From contig JAAZGT010000191.1 of the NCBI GenBank assembly GCA_012511095.1, positions 1-38,308 on the forward strand: a stretch of DNA of 38,308 nt. The letters run 5' to 3'. Shown here piece by piece: positions 8,754-18,742 of this stretch. This DNA comes from Alcaligenaceae bacterium (GTDB taxonomy: Bacteria > Pseudomonadota > Gammaproteobacteria > Burkholderiales > Burkholderiaceae_B). The notes beneath the pieces were generated by a model. It was not told the origin of the DNA, made no database searches, and saw only the letters and a program-made list of their open reading frames with translations. Position 1 is the stretch's first letter; each line of letters opens with the position of its first letter. A program made the translations under genes and the position numbers.

Positions 8754-10610
8754 TTATCTTAGACCCAGCGCTTTAACGAGCTCTTTTTCTAAAGGCACAG
8801 GCTCACCATCGAGTATGGTGCCAATAATATCGCCCGCAAAACTACTCCACGTTAAACCGTGCGAACCATAAGCCACTGCCAACCATAAGCCCTTGGCATA
8901 ATCCAACTCACAAATCACAGGCAAGCGACCTTGCACCACTGCCCTACCCCCAGACCATCCCTGCTCTAATTGCTTTGGATCACTCAATCCATCTAGATTT
9001 AGTGGCATTTTGCCTTTAATGACGGCTTGACCCTCTAAGCTCAAACCAGGATCACGGACCCCATGTCGGTACGTACTACCCAACACACATTGACCCTCAG
9101 CAGTTGGAGGAAGAAAATAACCTTGTCCGCCTAAGGGGACCTGCGGCACCTTGGCAAGCCTTGTGGCAGGTACATGCATTACCTCGCCACCCATCCAATG
9201 CATGGTGCTTTCAATCTTGGGCATTGCTGACCTTGCCTCACCCGCCACATTGTGACGTTGTAATAAATTACTTTTTTCTAGAATGGCCATACAATCGGCA
9301 GCGTTAGCCAATACCACCTGCTCAAATTGCCCTAAAGATGAACCATCGTCTGCAAATAGTTGCCAAAGCCCATCACTTTGTTGCTTCTCAACACTCGTTA
9401 CTGCTTCTGCACGTTGTTTTAGGGCTGCATACTGATAGATATGCTTCAAAAGATTTTCTGGACTAATGAGGCGCGCTTGAGGCCAAAAGATACCCTCTTC
9501 TTGTAGCTCAAAACCAAGCAACCCTGAGACTTCCTGGGGGTTTAATCGGCGCACCCACTCCTCAGGAAAACCTAAGGTCTCAACTGCCAAGGTAATGTCT
9601 TTGCCATAACCTTTATCGCGATTAAGCTCTAAATTACCCGTACGCGATACCACTACCTCATCTGGAAAATCGCGCCAATGATGCAATGTGCGCAAGATAG
9701 CATTGCGACTTAGTCGGGATTTATGATTATCATCAATGGAAATAAATGGCGTCATCGCCGCTGCAATATGGTGCTGATGTTTAGCTGCATTGGACTGCGC
9801 AAATGCAGGATCAAATACCGTAATTTCCCAACCACGGTGTTGCATCACCCAAGCAATTCCAGCACCTGCGATACCACCTCCAACAATGGCTAGGCGTCGA
9901 TTGACTGATTTGACGGGTTGTACTGTGGAGATTAGGTGCGGACGTGTGCCACAAGAGTTTTTTATATCTAAACGTAACCCTGCTTTTTTTACGGAATATT
10001 GAAAATCTTCGCGCTCAAAAAACGATGATTCCATTAAAAAATAGCAACGAGCCGCCGAATACCGCAATACCCATGGCCACGATCGTTGTTTTGCTGTTTC
10101 ATCGCGTACATAGACATCAATAGAGCAAAGCCATTGTTGTTGTAAATACTGGGGGTCACCTAAACCTAGGGTTAGGCTAAAACTCCGATCCTCTGCATCT
10201 AAACGATGCACCCCAGGTAAAGCTAGGGGCCAGGATTTTTTAAGCCAAGTAAAAATCGTAGCTATCTCATCGTTAATAAGATTAGCTTCTTTATAAAACC
10301 GCTCAATCTGCTCCCACTCCGAAGCTCCCCAATAAATATTGTTGCTATAAATAATATGCTTATTAAAAGAGGTGCGATGCGTTAGCACTAAGGGCAAAAG
10401 CAATAAAGCCATCTCACCCTCAAGCATTAATTGCATTAGCCCCTTAGATTGTAGATGGGTGCGCATGACTGGCCACATAGCCTCGACACGCTGCTGCCAT
10501 TGCAGTAGCCAAGCGCTATTGACGTGCAACTCTTGCAACTCAGATACGATGGATAAGGTCTCGTTTTCTAAACTAAGGGTGGCGGGAAATAAGATAAATT
10601 CTTTAAGCAT
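8754..10610 (-). CDS. mnmC: MnmC-like FAD-dependent cmnm5s2U34 oxidoreductase with a degenerate N-terminal methyltransferase domain
   Basis: C-terminal domain has LAIVGGGIAGAG (FAD binding), VVLANA, GYFLP, GSTY, GRLPV and YGSHGLTW...EPVPLEKEL..AL. The N-terminal part keeps only the MnmC relic WPLALPGVHRL...LTLGLGD. Confidence 0.8.
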   Translation of the reverse strand: MLKEFILFPATLSLENETLSIVSELQELHVNSAWLLQWQQRVEAMWPVMRTHLQSKGLMQLMLEGEMALLLLPLVLTHRTSFNKHIIYSNNIYWGASEWEQIERFYKEANLINDEIATIFTWLKKSWPLALPGVHRLDAEDRSFSLTLGLGDPQYLQQQWLCSIDVYVRDETAKQRSWPWVLRYSAARCYFLMESSFFEREDFQYSVKKAGLRLDIKNSCGTRPHLISTVQPVKSVNRRLAIVGGGIAGAGIAWVMQHRGWEITVFDPAFAQSNAAKHQHHIAAAMTPFISIDDNHKSRLSRNAILRTLHHWRDFPDEVVVSRTGNLELNRDKGYGKDITLAVETLGFPEEWVRRLNPQEVSGLLGFELQEEGIFWPQARLISPENLLKHIYQYAALKQRAEAVTSVEKQQSDGLWQLFADDGSSLGQFEQVVLANAADCMAILEKSNLLQRHNVAGEARSAMPKIESTMHWMGGEVMHVPATRLAKVPQVPLGGQGYFLPPTAEGQCVLGSTYRHGVRDPGLSLEGQAVIKGKMPLNLDGLSDPKQLEQGWSGGRAVVQGRLPVICELDYAKGLWLAVAYGSHGLTWSSFAGDIIGTILDGEPVPLEKELVKALGLR

Positions 10611-10676
10611 AAACTAGTTGTTTTGAGCTTTATAATCAAGACTTTGTTTAATAAATTTTTAAAAAAACAGCTGTAG

Positions 10677-10682
10677 TATAAT
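10677..10682 (+). promoter_or_regulatory. Putative -10 element for suhB-mgtE
   Basis: Perfect TATAAT in the AT-rich divergent gap, about 100 bp before the likely suhB ATG. No clear -35. Confidence 0.45.
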
Positions 10683-10784
10683 TAAGTGTTATTCTGCATG
10701 ATGCGAGTAGTATCTTGCCGGATGGTCGCCGGAAACTATTTTCAACATCAGTCTATGCCTTTTGACGCTTTGGGAAATACATTC

Positions 10785-11636
10785 ATGCAAGACATTCAGG
10801 TGGATTTTTATCATGCTCTGGAAACTGCGACAACAGCAGCCAAAGAAGCAGCTTCGATCCTGAGCATCTACGCCAAAGATCATAGCAAATTATCAATTGA
10901 TTATAAGCAGTTAAATGATCTCGTCTCACAGGCCGATCGAGATGCTGAGCAAGCGATCTTAGAGGTAGTGCGCAAGCAAACACCTGACTTCGCTATTATG
11001 GCAGAGGAAAGCGGCAATTCACCCGATTTAGATCAAGCACCCTACGCTTGGATCATTGATCCTCTCGATGGTACTACTAATTTTTTACACGGCATTCCTC
11101 ACTATGCGGTTTCAATAGGCTTAGTTGCTCGCGCAGGCACTATGTTAACCACTAATACCGCTCCACTAGCAGTAGATACTCCGATTGTTGGCGTAATTTA
11201 TGACTTCAATCGTCAAGAGCTGTTTAGTGCTACCTATCAAAACGGTTGCTTTTTAAACGGTCAACGCATCAGCACTTCCGATGCGCTGCACCTTAACGAC
11301 TCATTATTAGCTACAGGCGTCCCCTTTAGGGATTTTTCTTTCGAAGAGCCTTATATGAGAGGTTTCACAGAGGCCATGCACAATACTCGAGGTATTCGTC
11401 GCTTAGGTTCTGCTGCACTAGACTTAGCTTGGGTTGCTTGTGGTCGTTTTGACGGCTATTGGGAAATGGGCCTTGCCCCCTATGATGTTTGTGCAGGCAC
11501 CATTTTAGTACGCGAGGCGGGTGGCTGCGTTACTGATATTTATGAAAAAGAGCCTTGGCCTAGCGGTGGTAATATCATTGCCTCAAATAAACACATCGCC
11601 AACAGCCTTGGAGAGATGATTAGACAGCAACTCTAG
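10785..11636 (+). CDS. suhB: Inositol monophosphatase family protein (SuhB-like)
   Basis: Motifs DLVSQAD..AE, AEES, WIIDPLDGTTNFLHG.PHYAVSI, RRLGSAALDLAWVACGRFDGYWE, YDVCAG..LVREAGG. ATG at 10785 (after TGGGAA) is preferred over GTG at 10686. Confidence 0.88.
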   Translation: MQDIQVDFYHALETATTAAKEAASILSIYAKDHSKLSIDYKQLNDLVSQADRDAEQAILEVVRKQTPDFAIMAEESGNSPDLDQAPYAWIIDPLDGTTNFLHGIPHYAVSIGLVARAGTMLTTNTAPLAVDTPIVGVIYDFNRQELFSATYQNGCFLNGQRISTSDALHLNDSLLATGVPFRDFSFEEPYMRGFTEAMHNTRGIRRLGSAALDLAWVACGRFDGYWEMGLAPYDVCAGTILVREAGGCVTDIYEKEPWPSGGNIIASNKHIANSLGEMIRQQL

Positions 11637-11685
11637 TGCTATTTTCGGCAATACTGAAAACACGACATAATAGGTTATTGTATAA

Positions 11686-13263
11686 ATGACTAACAATAAT
11701 TCAAATAATGATAAAGATAAGGCCGCCTGGGATCCTGAGCTCGACATGCTCCCAGAGGACGATGAAAACCAAAACGTTCAGGCTGAAACAACGCTTAGCG
11801 ATGAAGCCGAGCCGCAAGTAGTCACTATTCCTAAACGTCTAGGTAGTGAAGGCCAAGACTCGATCATCGAGGAAATTCAAGAGCTATTAAAAAAACACGA
11901 ACTGGTTGAAAATGTCCTCGCTCAACAAGAGGGTGCCTCTGAGCGCGCTGAATTAGTTAAAACCGTTTTGACGCGCAAGCATGAGGCCGAAATTGGTGAT
12001 TTAATTAACCACCTCCACCCTGCCGACATTGCCTTTATTCTTGAGTCTTTACCGTCTGATGAGCGCATCAAGGTATGGAATGCCGCACATGCCGAGCACG
12101 ACGGTGATATTCTTCTTGAGGTTGACGACTGGGTGCGTGAAGAGCTTATTGCAGAAATGGATCAAGAGGATCTAATTGCTGCAACCGAGGACTTAGACGC
12201 AGACGAACTAGCGGACTTAGTGCCCGACCTACCTCCTGAGGTAGTGGTTGAGCTACAAAAAACCATGACCGACGAGGAGCGCGAGCAATTACGCTCAGCT
12301 CTTGGTTACGCCGAGGGTACGGTCGGTGCCATCATGGATTTCGAAATTGTGCGTGTACGCGAAGACGTCACCTTAGAGGTCGTATTGCGTTACTTACGCA
12401 TGCTTGGTGAGTTACCAGAGCACACTGACCAACTCTTTGTTGTCGATAGAGAAAATAAGCTAAAGGGCGTACTCTCTCTAAGCACATTACTCGTCAATGA
12501 TGCTGATAAATCAGTCACCGATGTGATGGAAACTGATTATCTTGCACTTAAGGCTGATTCTAAAGACGCCAAAGCGGCTTCCGCTTTTGAACGTTATGAC
12601 CTAGCTTCCGCCCCCGTTATTGACGAACAAGAGGTACTTATCGGTCGCGTCACCATCACCGATATTGTTGACGTCATTCGTGAAGACTCAAACGAACAAG
12701 CACTTTCACAAGCCGGTCTACAAGAAGAGGATATTTTCGTACCTATTCGTCGCGCCATTCCAAACCGTGCACCGTGGTTATTAATTAACTTAATCACCGC
12801 ATCGATTGCTTCTATTGTGGCTTCACGCTTTGAAGGCACTGTTAGCCATATTGTGATTTTGGCTTTCTTAATGTCGATTGTGGCAGGTATTGGTGGTAAC
12901 TCAGGCAACCAAACCATGACTATGGTTATTCGTGCCTTAGCCGTAGGTCGTGTCAATCAAAAAAATGCCGCCGCTTTATTCCGTCGCGAAATTATTGTGA
13001 CCAGTTGTGTGGGGCTTGGTGGCAGTTTGATTGCCGGTACTTTTGCTTGGATATTTTCGGGCTCAATCAAAATTGCCATGGTAATGGCTGTGGCCATGGT
13101 GTTAAATATGCTCTTAGGCGCTGCTTTAGGCGTTTTAATCCCATTAATCCGCGATAGATTTAATAAGGACCCAGCCCTTGGTTCATCAGTGCTTTTGACC
13201 TTTGCCACTGATTCATTAGGCTTCTTTATTTTCTTAGGATTAGCTACACTATTCTTAATGTAA
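11686..13263 (+). CDS. mgtE: Magnesium transporter MgtE
   Basis: N-domain LHPADIA..LE, tandem CBS domains, five TM segments including AGIGGNSGNQ and DPALGS...TFATD (metal-site Asp). Acidic N-terminal extension. Confidence 0.95.
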   Translation: MTNNNSNNDKDKAAWDPELDMLPEDDENQNVQAETTLSDEAEPQVVTIPKRLGSEGQDSIIEEIQELLKKHELVENVLAQQEGASERAELVKTVLTRKHEAEIGDLINHLHPADIAFILESLPSDERIKVWNAAHAEHDGDILLEVDDWVREELIAEMDQEDLIAATEDLDADELADLVPDLPPEVVVELQKTMTDEEREQLRSALGYAEGTVGAIMDFEIVRVREDVTLEVVLRYLRMLGELPEHTDQLFVVDRENKLKGVLSLSTLLVNDADKSVTDVMETDYLALKADSKDAKAASAFERYDLASAPVIDEQEVLIGRVTITDIVDVIREDSNEQALSQAGLQEEDIFVPIRRAIPNRAPWLLINLITASIASIVASRFEGTVSHIVILAFLMSIVAGIGGNSGNQTMTMVIRALAVGRVNQKNAAALFRREIIVTSCVGLGGSLIAGTFAWIFSGSIKIAMVMAVAMVLNMLLGAALGVLIPLIRDRFNKDPALGSSVLLTFATDSLGFFIFLGLATLFLM

Positions 13264-13300
13264 GAAAAAACAATCTCCGTAGCGCTTATTAATAAGCGCA

Positions 13301-13339
13301 AAAAAAGCAGCAAATCATAAATTTTGATTTGCTGCTTTT
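13301..13339. terminator. Bidirectional intrinsic terminator between convergent mgtE and secA
   Basis: AAAAGCAGCAAATCA-taaattt-TGATTTGCTGCTTTT with A/T tails on both sides. Confidence 0.9.
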
Positions 13340-13364
13340 ATTTGTCTAATGACTATATGACTAA

Positions 13365-16103
13365 TTAAGCCAATTTACCATGACAGTGCTTATATCTCTT
13401 GCCACTACCACATGGGCAAGGGTCATTACGACCTACATTAGCCATCATGTTTTTAACCGTAACACCACCGCCTGAAACGTCACCATTTTCATTTACTTCA
13501 ACGCCTGAAGTTGCATGTTGATACTGAACGTTTTGAGCTTGAGCGTGTTGTTGTTGCTGGGCTTGGGCCTGCGACACTTGCTCTGGTTCTTGAATTTGAA
13601 CTGTCATTAAGATCTTAACGGCCTCATCACGGATGCGGTCAAGCATATCCGAGAACAACATAAAGGCTTCTTTTTTGTACTCTTGCTTAGGATCACGTTG
13701 AGCATAACCGCGTAAGTGAATACCTTGACGTAAGTGGTCAAGCGACGATAAGTGTTCGCGCCAGCTAGTATCCATACGATCTAATAGAACTGAACGCTCA
13801 AACTGAGCCCATTGCTCTTCGCCAACTAAATCAATCTTATCTTGGTTTTGCTTATCGGCAGCCTCAACAACGCGCTCTAAGATGCCCTCATCGTCTAAGT
13901 TGCTATCTTCTTTAACCCACTGACTAATAGGTAGCTCTAGTTTCCAATCACTAGCGAGTACTTGCTCTAAGGTAGCAATATCCCATTGTTCCTCCATTGA
14001 CTCTTCGGGAACATACTGACGCACCACCTCAGCCACAGCATCGTGACGCAGGTTAGTAAGCATCTCAGTGAGAGACTCAGACTCTAGGACCTCATTACGT
14101 TGACCGTAGATTACCTTACGCTGTTCGTTAGCCACGTCATCAAACTCTAATAATTGCTTACGAATATCAAAGTTACGACTCTCAACTTTGCGCTGTGCGG
14201 ACTCAATCGAACGAGTCACCATACGCGCTTCGATAGGCTCACCATCAACACCTAAGCGATCCATAATGGCACGCACACGGTCACCCGCAAAAATACGCAT
14301 TAATGGGTCATCTAGGCCTAAGTAGAAGCGTGATGAACCTGGGTCACCTTGACGACCAGCACGACCACGCAACTGATTATCAATACGGCGCGATTCGTGA
14401 CGCTCTGTACCGATAATACGTAAACCACCAACCTCTTTAACTTGTTGATTAATTGGTAACCAAGCGTCGCGAAGCTCTTTGATGCGCGCGTCTTTTTCTT
14501 CGGGGCTAAGCGTATCGTCTTCCATTACCATATTGATGCTTTTCTGGATACTACCGCCCAACACAATATCAGTACCACGACCAGCCATATTAGTAGCAAT
14601 AGTAATGGCACCTGGCTTACCTGCTTCGGCTACAATCTCAGCCTCACGGGCGTGTTGCTTAGCGTTAAGAACATCATGAGGTAAACCCTCTTTTTTGAGC
14701 ATTTCTGATAAGAGCTCAGAGTTTTCGATACTCGTTGTACCAACTAATACCGGTTGTTTACGCTCATAACAATCACGCACATCTTTAATAATGGCAGCAA
14801 ATTTTTGCTCATCATTTTTAAAGATTTGATCGTTTTGATCTTCACGGATCATCGGTAAGTTAGTTGGGATGATTACCGTCTCTAAACCATAAATCTCTTG
14901 GAATTCGTAAGCCTCAGTATCGGCCGTACCCGTCATACCGCCTAACTTGTCGTACATACGGAAGTAGTTCTGGAAAGTAATTGAAGCTAGGGTTTGGTTC
15001 TCATTTTGAATCTCAACCTTTTCTTTAGCCTCAACAGCCTGGTGTAAACCATCAGACCAACGGCGACCCTGCATAAAGCGACCGGTGAACTCATCTACAA
15101 TGATGACCTCACCATCTTGAACGACGTAATGCTGATCTCTATGGAATAGGTTATGCGCTCTAATCGCCACCATTAAGTGGTGCACTAAACTGATATTACG
15201 TGGATCGTAAAGTGATTGATCCTCACCTAAAAGATTGAGGTCGCGTAAAATGCCCTCAGCCTTGATGTGGCCTGCCTCGGATAAGTGAATTTGCTGCGCT
15301 TTTTCATCAACCCAGAAGTCACCCTCTGGCTCTGGCTCATCTGGGCGTGGCTCAGACTCCATGCGCGTCATTAGCGCAGGCACCGCATCCATTTTCATAT
15401 ACAGATCGGTATTATCTTCAGCTTGACCAGAAATAATTAACGGAGTGCGCGCTTCGTCAATTAAGATGGAGTCAACCTCGTCCACAATCGCGTAATAAAG
15501 CTTACGCTGACGACGATCCTCTACACGGTACTCCATATTATCGCGCAAATAGTCAAAACCAAACTCATTGTTTGTACCGTAGGTCACATCAGCGCGATAA
15601 GCTGCGATCTTATCTGGGTTGGTTTGAGTTGAGTTAACTACACCAACAGTTAAACCCAAGAAGTTAAATAAGCGACCGTTATTGTGCGCATCTCGTGCTG
15701 CTAAATACTCGTTAACGGTAATTACATGCACACCCTGACCCGCTAAGGCATTTAAATAAATGGCCAAGGTAGACATAAGGGTTTTACCCTCACCCGTACG
15801 CATCTCTGCAATTTTACCTTGGTGTAATGCCAAACCACCAATCAGTTGCACATCAAAATGACGCATACCTAAAACACGAACAGAGGCTTCGCGAACTACG
15901 GCGAAAGCCTCTGGCAAAATATCATCTAAACTCTGACCGCCAGCTAAACGCTCTTTAAACTCAGCGGTTTTAGCTGCTAACTCCTCATCGCTAAGGGCCT
16001 GCATTGTGGGCTCTAGCTTATTGATCTTGGCTACTGTTTTTCTATATTGTTTGAGTAGTCGATCATTACGGCTACCGATGATTTTTTTAAAAATAGAAAT
16101 CAT
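13365..16103 (-). CDS. secA: Preprotein translocase ATPase SecA
   Basis: [51 protein letters not shown], and C-terminal metal site [19 protein letters not shown]. Confidence 0.99.
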   Translation of the reverse strand: MISIFKKIIGSRNDRLLKQYRKTVAKINKLEPTMQALSDEELAAKTAEFKERLAGGQSLDDILPEAFAVVREASVRVLGMRHFDVQLIGGLALHQGKIAEMRTGEGKTLMSTLAIYLNALAGQGVHVITVNEYLAARDAHNNGRLFNFLGLTVGVVNSTQTNPDKIAAYRADVTYGTNNEFGFDYLRDNMEYRVEDRRQRKLYYAIVDEVDSILIDEARTPLIISGQAEDNTDLYMKMDAVPALMTRMESEPRPDEPEPEGDFWVDEKAQQIHLSEAGHIKAEGILRDLNLLGEDQSLYDPRNISLVHHLMVAIRAHNLFHRDQHYVVQDGEVIIVDEFTGRFMQGRRWSDGLHQAVEAKEKVEIQNENQTLASITFQNYFRMYDKLGGMTGTADTEAYEFQEIYGLETVIIPTNLPMIREDQNDQIFKNDEQKFAAIIKDVRDCYERKQPVLVGTTSIENSELLSEMLKKEGLPHDVLNAKQHAREAEIVAEAGKPGAITIATNMAGRGTDIVLGGSIQKSINMVMEDDTLSPEEKDARIKELRDAWLPINQQVKEVGGLRIIGTERHESRRIDNQLRGRAGRQGDPGSSRFYLGLDDPLMRIFAGDRVRAIMDRLGVDGEPIEARMVTRSIESAQRKVESRNFDIRKQLLEFDDVANEQRKVIYGQRNEVLESESLTEMLTNLRHDAVAEVVRQYVPEESMEEQWDIATLEQVLASDWKLELPISQWVKEDSNLDDEGILERVVEAADKQNQDKIDLVGEEQWAQFERSVLLDRMDTSWREHLSSLDHLRQGIHLRGYAQRDPKQEYKKEAFMLFSDMLDRIRDEAVKILMTVQIQEPEQVSQAQAQQQQHAQAQNVQYQHATSGVEVNENGDVSGGGVTVKNMMANVGRNDPCPCGSGKRYKHCHGKLA

Positions 16104-16256
16104 ATCGTCTGTGTCGTTAATTTTATTAAATTTTTAACCGATTATTATATACAAGGATCGGCATAGCTCTACAGTTTAACCTATAGGCTTATTTATGTGA
16201 GGCCAACTCAGCAGATATCAAGATATTAGAGGCTAATTTATAACAAAAGACGCTGC

Positions 16257-17258
16257 TTATTCCTTTTTGCCAAGTAGCTTTAAGGTATCTAGCAAAGAGC
16301 CATCGGACGGTATTTGCACATCGGATAAATCCTTACCTAAAACCAACATAGGATCGATGGGTACACCATCAAGACGCACTTCAAAATGCAAGTGTGGTCC
16401 AGTTGAATTACCCGTGTTACCAACACGTGCAATCATTTGTCGGCGACTAACAATATCGCCTGTTTTTACTAGGTTTTCGTTATTGTGTGCATAGACAGTG
16501 GTCACGCCGGAGCCATGGTCAATTTCGACTAGGTTGCCATAACCTGACACATAGCCAGCACTGCTCACCACGCCATTACTGGAAGCATAGATCGGTGTGC
16601 CCTTAGGGGCTGCAAAGTCCATGCCAGCATGCAACCTCGATGCGCGGGTAATTGGGTGTCTACGCCAACCAAAGGGTGAAGACATACGAGCTTGCAACAT
16701 GGACACAGGCATACCGGTTGGTACGCGATCTAATTCAAATTGACGACTTTGCAGCAATACATCAAAGGTACGTAAACGGTTTTCTTGTTGTTGCAACTTT
16801 TGTTTTAATAAATCTAATTCTTTACCTATTTTCTCACCTGAGTAACTACCATCGTCAATGAACTCCTCCATCGGACGATCCTCTTCGCTAAGGTTAGGGA
16901 GAAATATGCCATCGCCTATATTCCCAAGATTGAGAGCAGGATTTCTACTTAGACGATCGGTGATTTGACTTAGATTATCTAAGGTAACTTTTGCTTCAGC
17001 TAACTGCTGAGCAAACTGACCTAAACCATGTTCAATAAGATTTTGTTGAACTGGGTTTTGTTGTACACTAGGTATATCCCTCGTTGAAGCACCCAGCTCC
17101 TCGTGTTGCTGGTAACCATAACGACGCTCTAACAAAGCACCCGAGACCAAGGCAATACAAACGCACAACACGGTTATGCTAAATGACCAAACCCTTTGGG
17201 TTTTTTGTCTCGCTCGTCGAGGTGATACGAATTTTTTAGCCAAAGCTATTTTCCTCAA
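16257..17258 (-). CDS. M23 family metallopeptidase with N-terminal membrane anchor and coiled coil
   Basis: SSPFGWRRHPI, HAGMD (HxxxD), GYGNLVEIDHG, YAH, GNSTGPHLHFEV (HxH). Usual position upstream of secA in betaproteobacteria. The TTG start is uncertain. Confidence 0.9.
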   Translation of the reverse strand: MRKIALAKKFVSPRRARQKTQRVWSFSITVLCVCIALVSGALLERRYGYQQHEELGASTRDIPSVQQNPVQQNLIEHGLGQFAQQLAEAKVTLDNLSQITDRLSRNPALNLGNIGDGIFLPNLSEEDRPMEEFIDDGSYSGEKIGKELDLLKQKLQQQENRLRTFDVLLQSRQFELDRVPTGMPVSMLQARMSSPFGWRRHPITRASRLHAGMDFAAPKGTPIYASSNGVVSSAGYVSGYGNLVEIDHGSGVTTVYAHNNENLVKTGDIVSRRQMIARVGNTGNSTGPHLHFEVRLDGVPIDPMLVLGKDLSDVQIPSDGSLLDTLKLLGKKE

Positions 17259-17259
17259 T

Positions 17260-17586
17260 ATGAAATCACATCGTAACTATCGCAAACCGCCTAAATTTCA
17301 AACCGCGATGGAGTGGTTAGAACAAGAGCAGACGACAGGCGACGTACTACAGCGCGCTCGAACAATTTTAAAATTACAACCTTTATTAGTAGGCGTACTT
17401 GGTAAGGAATTGACAAAACATTGTTTGATTATTAATTATACCGACGGCACGCTCAGATTGGCTGTTGCTAATAATGCTTGTGCAGCAAAAATCAAACAGC
17501 TCGCTCCGAGCATGACACGCCACCTAAATAAGCACGGCTTAGAACTACGCAATGTAGAATTGAAGGTAATACGAACTCAAAGTTAA
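17260..17586 (+). CDS. dciA: DciA/DUF721 family replicative helicase loader
   Basis: KH-like motif DGTLRLAVANNACAAKIKQLAPS...L, about 108 aa, in the conserved position between the M23 gene and lpxC in opposite orientation. ATG at 17260 avoids overlap with the M23 gene. Confidence 0.75.
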   Translation: MKSHRNYRKPPKFQTAMEWLEQEQTTGDVLQRARTILKLQPLLVGVLGKELTKHCLIINYTDGTLRLAVANNACAAKIKQLAPSMTRHLNKHGLELRNVELKVIRTQS

Positions 17587-17601
17587 ATATTAAGTATTTA
17601 A

Positions 17602-18525
17602 TTAGGCTAATTGCCAATCGCGATTAAAACCTGTGGCCTTAGCTGCTTCACTTTCATAAGTCACAACCTCATAAGCATCAGGCTGCGACAACAAAGCGCG
17701 AACTAATTTATTATTTAAATCGTGGCCTGATTTACAAGCAACATATTTTGCCAATAATGGTTTACCTGCTAAATATAAGTCACCAATGGCATCAAGAATT
17801 TTATGCTTTACAAACTCGTCTTCGTAACGTAGACCCTCTTCGTTAAGAATACGAAACTCATCTAATACAATGACATTATCTAAGCTACCGCCACGACCTA
17901 AGCCAGCAGATCGCATTAACTCCACCTCCTGAGCAAAACCAAAGGTACGAGCGCGTGCAATATCTTTGGTAAAGGAGTCAGTAGCAAAGTCCACCTCAGC
18001 AAAATTAGCCGTAGATGCAATGGCTGGATGCTTAAAATCAATTGAGAAAGCTAAAGCAAAACCAGGATAAGGCTCAAGACGTGCCCACTTGGCATTGTCA
18101 CCCTCACCCTCAACAATTTCTACAACTTTTTTAACACGTATAAATCGTTTTGGAGCATCTTGCTCAACCACACCAGCAGAGCGCAGCAAATACACGAAAG
18201 TCGCCGCGCTACCATCCATAATAGGAACCTCCTCGCCACTTACATCGACGTGGAGATTATCAATACCTAAGCCAGCCAAAGCTGACATTAAATGCTCAAC
18301 AGTTGATACACGGTACTCACCATTAACAAGAACTGAAGCCATACGAGTATTACCGACATTTTCTGCAAAGGCAGGAAAGTCGACAACCTCGGGCGTATCA
18401 GTACGGTGAAATACAATGCCCGTGTTGGGCTCTGCTGGACGTAAAATAAGCTCTACACGCTGGCCAGAGTGAACACCAACACCAACAGTTTTCACAGTCT
18501 GTTGTATTGTTCTTTGTTTTAACAT
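17602..18525 (-). CDS. lpxC: UDP-3-O-acyl-N-acetylglucosamine deacetylase
   Basis: [58 protein letters not shown]. Confidence 0.99.
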   Translation of the reverse strand: MLKQRTIQQTVKTVGVGVHSGQRVELILRPAEPNTGIVFHRTDTPEVVDFPAFAENVGNTRMASVLVNGEYRVSTVEHLMSALAGLGIDNLHVDVSGEEVPIMDGSAATFVYLLRSAGVVEQDAPKRFIRVKKVVEIVEGEGDNAKWARLEPYPGFALAFSIDFKHPAIASTANFAEVDFATDSFTKDIARARTFGFAQEVELMRSAGLGRGGSLDNVIVLDEFRILNEEGLRYEDEFVKHKILDAIGDLYLAGKPLLAKYVACKSGHDLNNKLVRALLSQPDAYEVVTYESEAAKATGFNRDWQLA

Positions 18526-18652
18526 GGTAATTCTTCCATAAAAAATCTATGTAAATTATTCTTATTACCTTTTATTTTAACCCAAGTAAAACTGATTAAA
18601 ACGCTTTAGGGAAAATGCTTACCTAAGAATAATAATAGAAATATATCGCAAC

Positions 18653-18691
18653 AAAAAATGCCAATACCGCCCATTAGACAGTATTGGCATT
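18653..18691 (-). terminator. Intrinsic terminator downstream of ftsZ
   Basis: Inverted repeat AATGCCAATAC / GTATTGGCATT followed by a U-run on the minus strand, about 50 bp after the ftsZ stop. Confidence 0.75.
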
Positions 18692-18742
18692 AGTTAGTTC
18701 CATGAAGCTTAGCTAATTAAGCTAAACCTAATGTCACTTTAA

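Noticed and set aside
13520-13580. Gln/Ala-rich low-complexity stretch in SecA ([13 protein letters not shown])
   Set aside because: It lies in the normally variable C-terminal linker and is not a DNA tandem repeat.
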